A stretch of 61,103 bases of DNA from an uncultured Rickettsiales bacterium (GTDB taxonomy: Bacteria; Pseudomonadota; Alphaproteobacteria; Rickettsiales; UBA1997), in assembly GCA_944392625.1 (NCBI GenBank), contig CALXXG010000055.1, positions 1 to 61,103 on the forward strand, given 5' to 3'. Position 1 is the stretch's first letter, and the number at the start of each line of letters is the position of its first letter. Of this stretch, positions 49,986 to 59,627 are shown one piece after another. The notes under the pieces are model-generated. The model made no database searches. It saw only the letters and a list, made by a program, of their open reading frames with translations, and was not told where the DNA came from. Both the position numbers and the translations under genes were made by a program.

Positions 49986-51072
49986 TTATTTATAAAAACT
50001 TTTTATAAAATCATCCAATAGTTCACCATTTAACATTGCATTCACATTACCAGTTTCATATCCTGTTCTTAAATCTTTAACCAATTTATAAGGGTGAAAA
50101 ACATAATTTCTAACTTGGCTGCCCCAACCATTATCACCCTTTGCTAAATTATTTTGAAGTTTTTCTTCTTCTTTTTTCTTTAATTCTATTTGATATAGTT
50201 TTGATTTCAACATTCTCATAGCTTCTTCTTTATTTTGATGTTGAGATCTTTGCTCTTGACATTCCGCCACTATACCAGTCGGTATATGTAAAATTCTAAC
50301 AGCGCTATCTGTTTTATTAACATGTTGTCCGCCAGCACCAGAAGCGCGGCAAACATCAATTTTTAAATCTTTTTCATTTATTTCTATATTTATTTTGTCA
50401 TCTACTACAGGATAAACGTCAACAGAACTAAAGCTTGTTTGTCTTTTTCCAGCAGAGTTGAATGGAGATTGTCTAACTAATCTATGAACACCTCTTTCAT
50501 TTTTTAATAACCCATATGCATTTTTTGTCTTTATTTTTATAATACCAGATTTTATGCCAGCTATATCATCTTTATCTATTTCAATTATTTCATATTTTAT
50601 TCTTTTCTTTTCTGCCCATTTTATATACATATTTAAAAGCATTTCCGAAAAGTCACAAGCATCTACGCCACCAACACCGGTATTAATTTCAATAAAACAA
50701 TCGTTAGAATCAGCTTCGCCTGTAAATAAATTTTCTATTCTAAATTCTTCTAAATCACCTTTTAAATTTTTCAGATCAGATAAAATTTCTGCCATAACCT
50801 CTTCACTATTTTCTTCTTTAGCTAATTTATATAAAGAAATACTATCATTTAATTTTTTATCAAAGTCATTATATTTGCTTAAAATATATTCAATATCGCT
50901 TTTTTTCTTTAGTATTTTTTCAGCCTCTTCTTTGTTATTCCATATATCATCTTTCTTTGATTTTTCATCAAGTTCTTTAAAATCATTTTTTAATTTATCG
51001 TAGTCAAAGAAACCCCCGTAGAGATTTTAAAATTTCATTATTTTCTTTCAACAAATTATCAATTTCAAACAT
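49986..51072 (-). CDS. prfB: Peptide chain release factor 2 (programmed +1 frameshift)
   Basis: ORF0 MFEIDNLLKENNEILKSLRGFL ends at an in-frame TGA (51006-51004). The +1 frame continues DYDKLKNDF... through the SPF and GGQ motifs to 49986. Confidence 0.93.
51003..51018 (-). promoter_or_regulatory. RF2 autoregulatory +1 frameshift site
   Basis: The minus strand reads CGGGGGTTT CTT TGA C: an internal SD-like GGGGG, 3-nt spacer, and the slippery CTT TGA C. Confidence 0.9.
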
Positions 51073-51116
51073 ATCAAATAAAAATTTTTAAACTTTATAA
51101 TAAAATAATATAGTGT

Positions 51117-51542
51117 CTATATCTGGAATAATAAATTATTTATATCCTTAGGAATTCTAATAGGTTTATAATCACGGTTAATACAAACTATATCAATATT
51201 CATATGAAATAAAAGATCATCCTTTATATCTTTACCCTCTCTAGAGATCAAAAATATATCTTGACACATTTTTAAAATAACACCATTACTTTCAATTATA
51301 TTGGTAGTTATTCTCAATAAATCATCTAATTTAGCTGACTTTTTATACTCTAAATGAGCTTTATGAACAACAAACCCAATTCCTCTTTCTTTTAGAAGAT
51401 TTGATTGTATAATACCTTTGTTTCTTAAAAATTCCGTTCTAGCTCTCTCACAAAAATCCATATATTTTGAGTGATAAACAACACCACCAGCATCAGTACT
51501 ATCATAATAAACTCTAACATTAAAATCAAAGCTATTATTCAT
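51117..51542 (-). CDS. ybgC: YbgC/4HBT-family acyl-CoA thioesterase
   Basis: VRVYYDSTDAGGVVYHSKYMDFCERARTEFL hotdog-fold N-terminus. Confidence 0.8.
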   Translation of the reverse strand: MNNSFDFNVRVYYDSTDAGGVVYHSKYMDFCERARTEFLRNKGIIQSNLLKERGIGFVVHKAHLEYKKSAKLDDLLRITTNIIESNGVILKMCQDIFLISREGKDIKDDLLFHMNIDIVCINRDYKPIRIPKDINNLLFQI

Positions 51543-51729
51543 ATCATTTTCCTAAATTTTTACTAAAATTATAATAAACTTTAAAAATATTGTAAGTCAA
51601 GATTATATTAATTTTATTTAATTATATTTTAAAAAAACCAATAATTCAATAAAATTAATATTTTTAATTCTTGAAAACTAAAAAAATATTTGTAATTATA
51701 TAAAAGCGTTAAAAACATTTATCATTTTA

Positions 51730-52614
51730 ATGAACGCTTTAAATAAAAATGCTAACTTTAATTATATCATAACTAAATTATTTGAATTTTGGGAAAAATT
51801 AGACTGTATTTTAATTCCGCCATGTCAAACAGAAATTTCTTCAACAATATTTCATCCAAATTCTTTTTTTAGCATTATAGGAAATAAAAGTTATAATCTT
51901 ATGTATTTTCAACCTCAGTTTCCAATTCAATCTAAAAATATAAAATACAATACTCAAAATTCAGGATTTTTAACATTTCAGGTTGTTTTAAAAACAAATA
52001 TTGAATTGCCACAAAAAACTTTTTTAAACAGTATAAAATACTTAGGATTTAATTTAATAAATACGAATATCACTTTTGAAGATAATTATTTTGAAAACTT
52101 TGTATTCAGACTTACATCACATGGATATCTTATTTATTTTAATGGCATTTATATAGCAAAAATACACTATATACAAAATATGGGTTATTATAATCTTGAA
52201 TCAATACCTTTATCAATATCTTATGATTTAGACAAGATCCTAATGTTGTTGCAGGGCAATTCTGATATTTGGTCAATAAATTGGAACGGAACAGATAATA
52301 TAAATAAAATACCATATAGAGATGTAATGTTTGATTTTGATAAAGATAATTACAATTTTCTCTCAAATAACTCAACAAATGAAATTATTTTTAAAGAATT
52401 TCAAAATTATAGAGATATGACTTTAAAATTATTAGATTCCGGTATAATTATTTCAGCCTATACATCGGCTCTAAAAGCAAAATATTGTTTAGATATTTTA
52501 AATTTTAGAAATTATATAACATTAAGCAATAGAGTTAATTACAACAAAATATTAAGAGATTTAATTGATACATGCTGCAAAGAATATATAAAAAATAAAG
52601 AGGTAGTTAAGTAA
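51730..52614 (+). CDS. glyQ: Glycyl-tRNA synthetase alpha subunit (highly divergent)
   Basis: Colinear with GlyQ (LFEFWEKLDCILIPP..., FQVVLK, SISYDLDKILMLLQG, 294 aa) and followed by glyS, but the conserved catalytic motifs are substituted. Confidence 0.7.
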   Translation: MNALNKNANFNYIITKLFEFWEKLDCILIPPCQTEISSTIFHPNSFFSIIGNKSYNLMYFQPQFPIQSKNIKYNTQNSGFLTFQVVLKTNIELPQKTFLNSIKYLGFNLINTNITFEDNYFENFVFRLTSHGYLIYFNGIYIAKIHYIQNMGYYNLESIPLSISYDLDKILMLLQGNSDIWSINWNGTDNINKIPYRDVMFDFDKDNYNFLSNNSTNEIIFKEFQNYRDMTLKLLDSGIIISAYTSALKAKYCLDILNFRNYITLSNRVNYNKILRDLIDTCCKEYIKNKEVVK

Positions 52615-52615
52615 A

Positions 52616-54781
52616 ATGAGTGAACTATTTATAGAATTATATTCAGAAGAAATTCCTTTAAACTGCGCTAAAAATATAGAGTCTAATTTTAAAAAAACTA
52701 TAGAAGATACATTTATAAACCTAAGTTTAATTGATAAAATTGATGATAATTTTTGCGAAATATACACAACGCCATGTAGGATTATAATATATATAAAATA
52801 TATAAATGATACAATTAAAATAAAACATAAAGAAATAGTCGGACCAAAGATTACTTCAACAGAAGAAGAAATTAATGGTTTTTTAAATGCTTTTGGTTTA
52901 AAATCAAAAGAATGCTTATCAAAAAATGACACAAACTATATTCTTATTCAAAATAATATAAAAGCAAATATAAAAGATATTCTACAGGAAAACATGCCTG
53001 ATATATTGTCATCATTAGCTTCTACTTTTACACAAAATATGATGTGGAATAATTTAAGTAATGCAAGATGGGTAAGTCCATTAAGAAACATATTATGTTT
53101 ATATAATAATAACATTTTAGAATTTGAATTTAACGGGTTAAGATCAAACAATTTAACTTATGGACATAAAATATTAGTTGGTTTAGACAAAACTATAAAA
53201 ATTAATAGTTTTAATGAATATAAGGCAAAGATGGAAGAAAATTTTGTAATATTCAATCAAAATGAAAGAAAAAAAATAATTGAAAATAAAATTAAAAAAA
53301 TAGAATCAGAGTCAAATCAAACAACATTTATATTAAATGAATTAAATTTTAAAGAAAATTTAATCAATGATATAGTGAATACAACAGAGTATCCAGATGT
53401 ATTTATTGGAGAATTTAAACAAGAGTTTTTAAAAACACCAACAGTTATTACAACAAACATTATTTGTAAAAGATATAAAAGTTTTTGTTTAATTGATAAT
53501 ATTAGTAAAAATCTGTCAAATAAATTTATATTTTTTGTAAACACAAAGGTATCTGATAATGGAGAATATATAGCAAAATGTATAAATAATGCTGTCAATA
53601 ATGGATTAGAATTTATAAATTTAGAATTAGTAAAATATCTATCAGAAAGTCTAGAAAGTAAAATTAATAAGTTAAAATCAATACCATATTATAAAGATTT
53701 TGGAACAGTATACAACAATATTGAAAGATTAATAGATTTATCAAAGTTTATCTGTTTATGGACCCCTCATTGCGATTTAATATCAACTAAAGAAGCAGCA
53801 AAATTATCAAAAATAGATTTAACTAGCACATTAGTTAGAGATAATCCGGAATTAATGGGACATTTATCAGCTTATTATGCAAAATCAAATAATTATCCAG
53901 AATCAGTATATAAAGGAATAGAAGAATTTTATGAACCTAGGCATTTATCTGATAGAATACCATCAACTGATATAGGAAAAGTTATTTCAATAGCTGGAAG
54001 AATGGATATAATTACAACTTTGTTTATAGTTAATGAAGAAGCAACAGGTTCAAAAGATCCATATAGTATAAGAAAAAATATAACAGCAGTAATTAGAACA
54101 ATAATAGAAAGTAAAGTTGATATTCCAATAAATATTTTAGTGCATAAATCAATTAGTTTATTTAGAACTGCAGTCTATAAAAAAAATAGAGAGACAAAAA
54201 AAATCAGCGTAAAACAACAAATAATTGATATTGAAAATAAAATATTAGATTTATTTAAAAAAAGATTTATCAACTATATGGCTGATTTAGATTATAAACA
54301 AAATATAATTTATGCTGTCATAAATTTTAAAAATAAAAAAACAGCAAAAAAACCAATAAGTCTAGATTTTTTATATAACAAAGTAGTTAAAATTAGCAAA
54401 TATATTGAAGAAAATGAAGTAAAATTCCTAAGTATAAAAAATACATACAAAAGACTTAACAATATACTTTATGGTTTTAAAATAAATGAAATGAAATCCA
54501 TTATTCAAAAAATATTCAATAAAACTCATATAAAAAATAATTATGAAAAAGCAATTAATCTTAAAATAAAAGAAGTTAGTAGAATAATTAAAAAAGAAGA
54601 TAAAATAGGCAACTATGAAAAATGTTTAAATTTATTGCTTGAGTTTACTCCATTAATAGATAAATATTTTAAAGACAATCTTATAAAAACAGATAATGCA
54701 AAAGAAACTAATAATCGTTTATTTTTATTATATAAAATAAAAAATATTTTTGATAACTTTTTAAATTTTTCTGAATTTTAA
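52616..54781 (+). CDS. glyS: Glycyl-tRNA synthetase beta subunit (divergent)
   Basis: MSELFIELYSEEIPLN start, TPCRIIIYI, WVSPLRNILCLY...TYGHKI, GSKDPYSIRKNITAVIRTII. Begins 1 nt after the glyQ stop. Confidence 0.8.
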   Translation: MSELFIELYSEEIPLNCAKNIESNFKKTIEDTFINLSLIDKIDDNFCEIYTTPCRIIIYIKYINDTIKIKHKEIVGPKITSTEEEINGFLNAFGLKSKECLSKNDTNYILIQNNIKANIKDILQENMPDILSSLASTFTQNMMWNNLSNARWVSPLRNILCLYNNNILEFEFNGLRSNNLTYGHKILVGLDKTIKINSFNEYKAKMEENFVIFNQNERKKIIENKIKKIESESNQTTFILNELNFKENLINDIVNTTEYPDVFIGEFKQEFLKTPTVITTNIICKRYKSFCLIDNISKNLSNKFIFFVNTKVSDNGEYIAKCINNAVNNGLEFINLELVKYLSESLESKINKLKSIPYYKDFGTVYNNIERLIDLSKFICLWTPHCDLISTKEAAKLSKIDLTSTLVRDNPELMGHLSAYYAKSNNYPESVYKGIEEFYEPRHLSDRIPSTDIGKVISIAGRMDIITTLFIVNEEATGSKDPYSIRKNITAVIRTIIESKVDIPINILVHKSISLFRTAVYKKNRETKKISVKQQIIDIENKILDLFKKRFINYMADLDYKQNIIYAVINFKNKKTAKKPISLDFLYNKVVKISKYIEENEVKFLSIKNTYKRLNNILYGFKINEMKSIIQKIFNKTHIKNNYEKAINLKIKEVSRIIKKEDKIGNYEKCLNLLLEFTPLIDKYFKDNLIKTDNAKETNNRLFLLYKIKNIFDNFLNFSEF

Positions 54782-54877
54782 AAAATTTAAGTATTAATCT
54801 ATTATATAGAAATAAAATTTTTATTGACAAACTAACTTTTAATATTATCTTTGTAATGGTATATTAAAATTATTTTT

Positions 54878-55528
54878 ATGAAGAGAATATTTTTGCTTAC
54901 ATTTATTTTATCAATATTTTTTTTCAATTCGTTAAGTGCGAAGACTGAAATTGATAAAGCTTTTATGAAAAGGACAAAAAGTACTGGAACTAAATTTACA
55001 CTTTACAGTCCCGACATTTATAATGGCAAAGAAATACTTAGCAATCAAATATTCAACGGTTTTGGATGCAATGGAAAAAATATTTCTCCAAAATTAGTAT
55101 GGAAAAATGCGCCAAAAAATACAAAAAGTTTTGCAATAACAATATTTGATAAAGACGCAGAGACCGGAAGTGGATGGTGGCATTGGATTTTATATAATAT
55201 ACATTCAAATGTTTTTACAATTGAAACAGATGCAAGTGAAAACAAAAAACTACTTCCAAAAGGAGCAGTTCAAGGATTAAATGATTATGGTGAAAAAAAA
55301 TTTGGTGGTGTTTGTCAAACTGGAGGAAAAAAACATAATTATGTAATTACATTATACGCTCTAGATGTAGAAGAATTAAAGTTGCCTAAAAATGCCTCTC
55401 CAGCTATGATTAGCTATTTTTTAAATATGTATAAAATTTCAACAACAACAATAAATGCTTTTTATACACAAAATAGCGGAGTCGTATTTAAAAATAATAA
55501 TACAAAGTATAAATTAACAAAAATATAG
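54878..55528 (+). CDS. YbhB/YbcL (PEBP / Raf-kinase-inhibitor-like) family periplasmic protein
   Basis: Signal peptide, ISPKLVWKNAPKNTKSFAITIFDKDAETGSGWWHWILYNI, HNYVITLYALD. Confidence 0.85.
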   Translation: MKRIFLLTFILSIFFFNSLSAKTEIDKAFMKRTKSTGTKFTLYSPDIYNGKEILSNQIFNGFGCNGKNISPKLVWKNAPKNTKSFAITIFDKDAETGSGWWHWILYNIHSNVFTIETDASENKKLLPKGAVQGLNDYGEKKFGGVCQTGGKKHNYVITLYALDVEELKLPKNASPAMISYFLNMYKISTTTINAFYTQNSGVVFKNNNTKYKLTKI

Positions 55529-55538
55529 TAGAATTGAT

Positions 55539-56006
55539 ATGAAAAATAATAGTTTTGAAACATTAATTGGTGCTTTAGTTATAGTAATTTGCATTTTGTT
55601 CATATTTTTATCTGCAAAAGTATCTGGCAGTAGACAAAAATTATCAAGTGGATACAAAATAATAGCAGAATTTGATAATGTAGATGGCCTAAATATTGGC
55701 AGCGATATTAAAGTTGCTGGAGTTAAGGTTGGAAGTATATTAGATATAAGTTTAAATAAAGAGAATTATAGAGCCACAATAGTGCTAAAGGTTATAGATA
55801 CTTTAAAGATACCAGCAGACAGCATATTCAAAGTATCTACAAGCGGACTAATAGGAAACAAATTTATAAATATTAAAATAGGAGCTGATGAAGAATTTTT
55901 AAAAGATGGAGAGTATGCTGAGTTTACAGAATCTTCAATGGATTTAGAAGATTTAATTTCAAGATTTATTTTTAATTCTGGTAATAAAAATGAAGATAAT
56001 AAATAG
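55539..56006 (+). CDS. mlaD: Outer-membrane lipid asymmetry protein MlaD (MCE domain)
   Basis: N-terminal TM ETLIGALVIVICILF, then the MCE domain YKIIAEFDNVDGLNIGSDIKVAGVKVGSI. Confidence 0.85.
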   Translation: MKNNSFETLIGALVIVICILFIFLSAKVSGSRQKLSSGYKIIAEFDNVDGLNIGSDIKVAGVKVGSILDISLNKENYRATIVLKVIDTLKIPADSIFKVSTSGLIGNKFINIKIGADEEFLKDGEYAEFTESSMDLEDLISRFIFNSGNKNEDNK

Positions 56007-56529
56007 TATATTGTTTGTATTAATATTTTTAACAAATATTTCTTTAGCAGAAGAAATATCTGCAATTAGCAATAACGAAGTTGAAGAAATAATAGATACA
56101 ACTCTTGAAGAAAATATGCAAGAGAATTTTGATAACAAAGTGCAAGCTGAAGAAAATAAAGAAGAAGAACCGATTATCAGGATTAAAGATGTTAAGGATA
56201 CAAATAAAGCAGACATTGTTGTGTTGCAAGCTTTAAATAAAATAACAGCAAAAACTTACAAATATGAAGTAAAAATCGGGGATGAAATTACCTTTGAAAG
56301 ACTAATTATTGAACCATTATTTTGTTGGAAATCATCTCCTGACGCAGTTCCAGAAAATAAAGTTCTAATAAAAATAACAGAAAATAAATTAGATAAAACA
56401 CAGGATGAAATATTTTATGGTTGGATGTTTTCTTCTTCACCAAGTATTTCCTCTTTAGAACACCCAATGTATGATATAACTATTGTAGATTGCATAAAAA
56501 CACCAAATAATACAGAAAATACTAAATAA
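55990..56529 (+). CDS. DUF2155-family protein (alphaproteobacterial mlaD neighbour)
   Basis: Signal peptide plus VVLQALNKITAKTYKYEVKIGDEITFERLIIEPLFCWKSSP. Overlaps mlaD by 17 nt. Confidence 0.65.
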   Translation: MKIINSILFVLIFLTNISLAEEISAISNNEVEEIIDTTLEENMQENFDNKVQAEENKEEEPIIRIKDVKDTNKADIVVLQALNKITAKTYKYEVKIGDEITFERLIIEPLFCWKSSPDAVPENKVLIKITENKLDKTQDEIFYGWMFSSSPSISSLEHPMYDITIVDCIKTPNNTENTK

Positions 56530-56531
56530 AT

Positions 56532-56562
56532 TAGCCTCAGGAAATAATATATTTTGAGGCTA
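56532..56562. terminator. Hairpin between the convergent DUF2155 gene and the alaS C-fragment
   Basis: TAGCCTCA-N15-TGAGGCTA. Confidence 0.5.
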
Positions 56563-56589
56563 TATTTAAATTAATAAATTATGTTGATT

Positions 56590-58245
56590 TTATATTTCTT
56601 TAATTTTTCCCCTAACGTAATCAATAATATTGGTTATGATTTCTGGCCTATTTTTATCTGCAGCGCCTCCCATAGCAAACCATGGTTGTCCACCTCCACC
56701 ATTGCCACCAGCTATTTCAACTAATTTTTTGATTATTTCATTTGCTTTAATCCTATCATTTAAATCCCTTGAAACACCCAAAATTATTGTTAATTTTCCA
56801 TCAAATTTAGTAATGCACATTAATATTGATTTGTCATTATATTTTTTGTTTTGAAAATCAATAAATTTTCCCTTGACATCTTTAGGGTTTGCGTCCTTTA
56901 AAAGAGTATAGGCAAACATTACGCCATCATTTTCTTCTGTGAATGTCATACTAGCTATTTTAGACTTTTTCATATTGTCTAATTGTTTTTTAAAGCTTTT
57001 ATATTCTTCGCTGACTGTTTTAATTTTATCAACTAACGAATTAGTATCTATTTGCAAAATATCATTAATTTCATAAACAATATCTTGAAATTTATTCATA
57101 TATTTAATAGCTTCCAAACCTGTTAAAGCTTCAATTCTTCTGATGCCAGATGAAACAGATTCTTCGCTGACAATTTTAAATAAACCTATTTCTCCAGTTT
57201 TAAAAACATGAGTTCCGCCGCATAATTCAACAGAACAAACAGATTTTAGAGACGAATTGTTCAAATCATTAAGACCTTCATTAACTGCTTCTATTGAATT
57301 TTTGTCAATATTTTGTTTATCTTTTTTAATATCATCATAAGACTTTTCACCCATGAACAAAACTCTAACTTCATCTTCGTATTTTTCATTAAACAAAGCC
57401 ATTGCACCACATTTTTTAGCCTCTTCAATTGGCATTATTCTAGTTTCTACGGCTGTGTTTTTAAAAATTAATTCGTTTACTGTATTTTCAATTTCTCTTA
57501 TTTGTTCTTTAGTTATTGGCTTATTTAGAGTAAAATCAAATCTTAATCTAAACTCATCAACAGCAGATCCCTTTTGAACCAATGTTTCACCAAACATTTT
57601 TCTCAAAGCATACTGCAGCAAATGCGTTGCCGAATGGTTCGCCCTTATTTTATTTCTTCTTTCAGTATTTATTGATAGATTAAGAAAATCGCCAACCTTC
57701 AAGCTTCCGCTTTCAAGACTTGCTTTATGCAAAAAGTAGTTTGAAAATGGTCTTTTAGTATCTAAAATTTCAACCGTTGAAAAAGGCAAAGGTATAACAC
57801 CATTTTCATTTATTTGAATAGCAAGTCCAGTATCTCCAACTTGTCCCCCGCATTCACCATAAAATGGAGTTGTATCAACAAAAAACTCAAACTTGTCGCC
57901 AGCTTTAACTTCGTTAACTTCTTTTCCATCTTTAATTATGGCAAGAATTTTGCCCATAGCTGTATTTTTTTCATATCCAACGAATTTTGTTGGTGCGATT
58001 TTTTCTTTTATATCAAAATAAATTTTGCTATTTCTTACATCACCGCTGCCGGACCAATTTTCTTTTGCTCTTCTTTTTTGTTCTGCCATAGCTTCTTCAA
58101 ACTCTTTAACATTTACTTCAATTCCTTTTTCTTTAAGAATTGATTGGGTTAAATCAAGTGGAAATCCATAGGTATCATACAATGTAAAAGCTACCTTTCC
58201 ACTAAATAATGGTTTATTTGAACTATTTTTTAAATCTTTATTCAT
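56590..58245 (-). CDS. alaS: Alanyl-tRNA synthetase, C-terminal fragment (tRNA-recognition, editing and C-Ala domains), separately translated
   Basis: Begins [33 protein letters not shown]. Editing motifs HSATHLL and CGGTH, and C-Ala [12 protein letters not shown]. Its own GAGGG Shine-Dalgarno lies 5 nt before the ATG. Confidence 0.9.
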   Translation of the reverse strand: [551 protein letters not shown]

Positions 58246-58259
58246 TTTTGCCCTCTTTT

Positions 58260-58820
58260 TTATTTTCTAAAATTATCATTAAACATACTATAACAAACTA
58301 AATCCTTATACTTTCCTTCTTTAAACGCTTCTTTTTTCCTAATATATTCAAGTTTAAAATTATTTTTTTCAGCAACTTTTCTAGAGCCAATATTATCTTC
58401 CAAAGCTTGAATTATTATTTTCATAATATTTATTTCGTTAAAAGCAAAATTAGATAGCAACTTAGTTGCCTCAGTAGCTATTCCTCTACCCCAATAATCC
58501 TCGCCAAGCCAATAGCCTATTTCAGCTATATGTTTTGCTGATATTCTTTTATTTCGCATTAAAGAAATACAGCCAACAGCTTCACCATCAACATCTATAA
58601 TAAAATTAATATCAGCGTCTTTGTCTGTTTTTTCCTTATCAAACATTTCAATAAATTTTTCATAATCCTTGTCCGTATAGGGAAATTCAAGGGAAATTTT
58701 ATTTAAAATTTTTTTGTTATTTATATTCCTAATAATACTTTCCTTATCCTCAATCGGTCTTAAATCCCTTAAAATAAATTTGCTTCCAATTATTTCTTTT
58801 TTCATTTTATTTATATTCAA
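58260..58820 (-). CDS. GNAT family N-acetyltransferase (RimJ/RimL-like, Acetyltransf_3 type)
   Basis: FILRDLRP..., IGYWLGEDYWGRGIATEA, NIGSRKVAEKNNF. Start overlaps the MNT stop by 14 nt. Confidence 0.85.
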   Translation of the reverse strand: MNINKMKKEIIGSKFILRDLRPIEDKESIIRNINNKKILNKISLEFPYTDKDYEKFIEMFDKEKTDKDADINFIIDVDGEAVGCISLMRNKRISAKHIAEIGYWLGEDYWGRGIATEATKLLSNFAFNEINIMKIIIQALEDNIGSRKVAEKNNFKLEYIRKKEAFKEGKYKDLVCYSMFNDNFRK

Positions 58821-59100
58821 CCTTTTTTAAATCATTCTTTATTGCATCAAAAAATTCTTTTGAAATTCTATTAATCTCAACTATATCAACATCTATTGGT
58901 ATAATGCTCTCCTCAAAATCACTTCTTAACTCAGCTATATCGACACCGTTTAAATCACCATCTATTGCCAAGTCTAAATCAGAATATTGTTTAAAATTTC
59001 CAACACTCCTTGACCCAAAAACATAAACATTTTGACCTTTTAAGTGTTTTTGCAGTATTTCTTTTACAATTTTTAAATATTTTTCTTCTAATCCAAACAT
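58807..59100 (-). CDS. mntA: Minimal nucleotidyltransferase (MNT, HI0073-like; putative antitoxin)
   Basis: GSRSVGNFKQYSDLDLAI (GS-x10-DxD). 97 aa. Overlaps the HEPN stop by 13 nt. Confidence 0.85.
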   Translation of the reverse strand: MFGLEEKYLKIVKEILQKHLKGQNVYVFGSRSVGNFKQYSDLDLAIDGDLNGVDIAELRSDFEESIIPIDVDIVEINRISKEFFDAIKNDLKKVEYK

Positions 59101-59489
59101 TTTTCTTTTAAAATATTTAATAAAAATTCAGCATCATACAAAAACCCATCAACTACGCTTATAACCTGAGAAGCCTTTTCTTCGTCATATGTATGACTAG
59201 TTATATTTCTCATATCTCTATAATTTCGCCAATCCTCCAAATTTCCGCTTAACATTCCTTTAATATTTGCCTTTCTTATAATATCATTAAAGGACATCAT
59301 ATCAACTTCACTTTTACTGCTTGATATAATTTCCAAATATCTTTTGAGCATTTTAATTGATAACTCATAGGTATATTCAAATCTTTGAATAACAGAATCT
59401 CTAACAAAACTGTTGCTTTTATCTTTATTATACTCTGCAATAGCTTCTTTCAATGAATTAATAGCTTTCTCAAAAGATGTTAGTATCAT
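59088..59489 (-). CDS. hepT: HEPN-domain protein (HI0074 / nucleotidyltransferase-substrate-binding family; putative RNase toxin)
   Basis: R-x4-H motif in DMRNITSHTYD. The N-terminal FEKAINSLKEAI is typical of the family. ATG at 59489 is preferred; the track's TTG start is at 59537. Confidence 0.85.
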   Translation of the reverse strand: MILTSFEKAINSLKEAIAEYNKDKSNSFVRDSVIQRFEYTYELSIKMLKRYLEIISSSKSEVDMMSFNDIIRKANIKGMLSGNLEDWRNYRDMRNITSHTYDEEKASQVISVVDGFLYDAEFLLNILKEKCLD

Positions 59490-59627
59490 AATTATTTTAC
59501 CAATATTATTTTCCCTCACCAAACGAACTACAAGCAAAGCTTTTGTTCATTTGTCTTCCCTCAAGTGGGGAGCAATTTTTCGTTGAAACTTATTTTTAAT
59601 TTTTAATTTCATACAATTCTTAATTCT

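Noticed and set aside
49986-51072. prfB looking N-terminally truncated or pseudogenised (only a 269-aa ORF appears in the track).
   Set aside because: This is explained by the canonical programmed +1 frameshift at CTT TGA C (51003-51009). Joining the frames gives a full-length RF2.
59506-59550. A 14-codon mini-ORF (MNKSFACSSFGEGK) with a GAGGGA SD between the alaS N-piece and the HEPN gene, as a possible leader peptide.
   Set aside because: It has no alanine codons or other attenuation logic and no obvious terminator/antiterminator pair. It is short enough to be chance.
58246-59627. An intein, a group I/II intron or a simple pseudogenising insertion as the explanation for the interrupted alaS.
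   Set aside because: The N-piece ends with a real stop and the C-piece begins with an SD plus ATG. No intein block residues are present: no Cys/Ser at the junction and no terminal His-Asn. There is no intron-like conserved structure or intron ORF. The insert consists of three intact ordinary genes, and both alaS halves are long, motif-complete ORFs.
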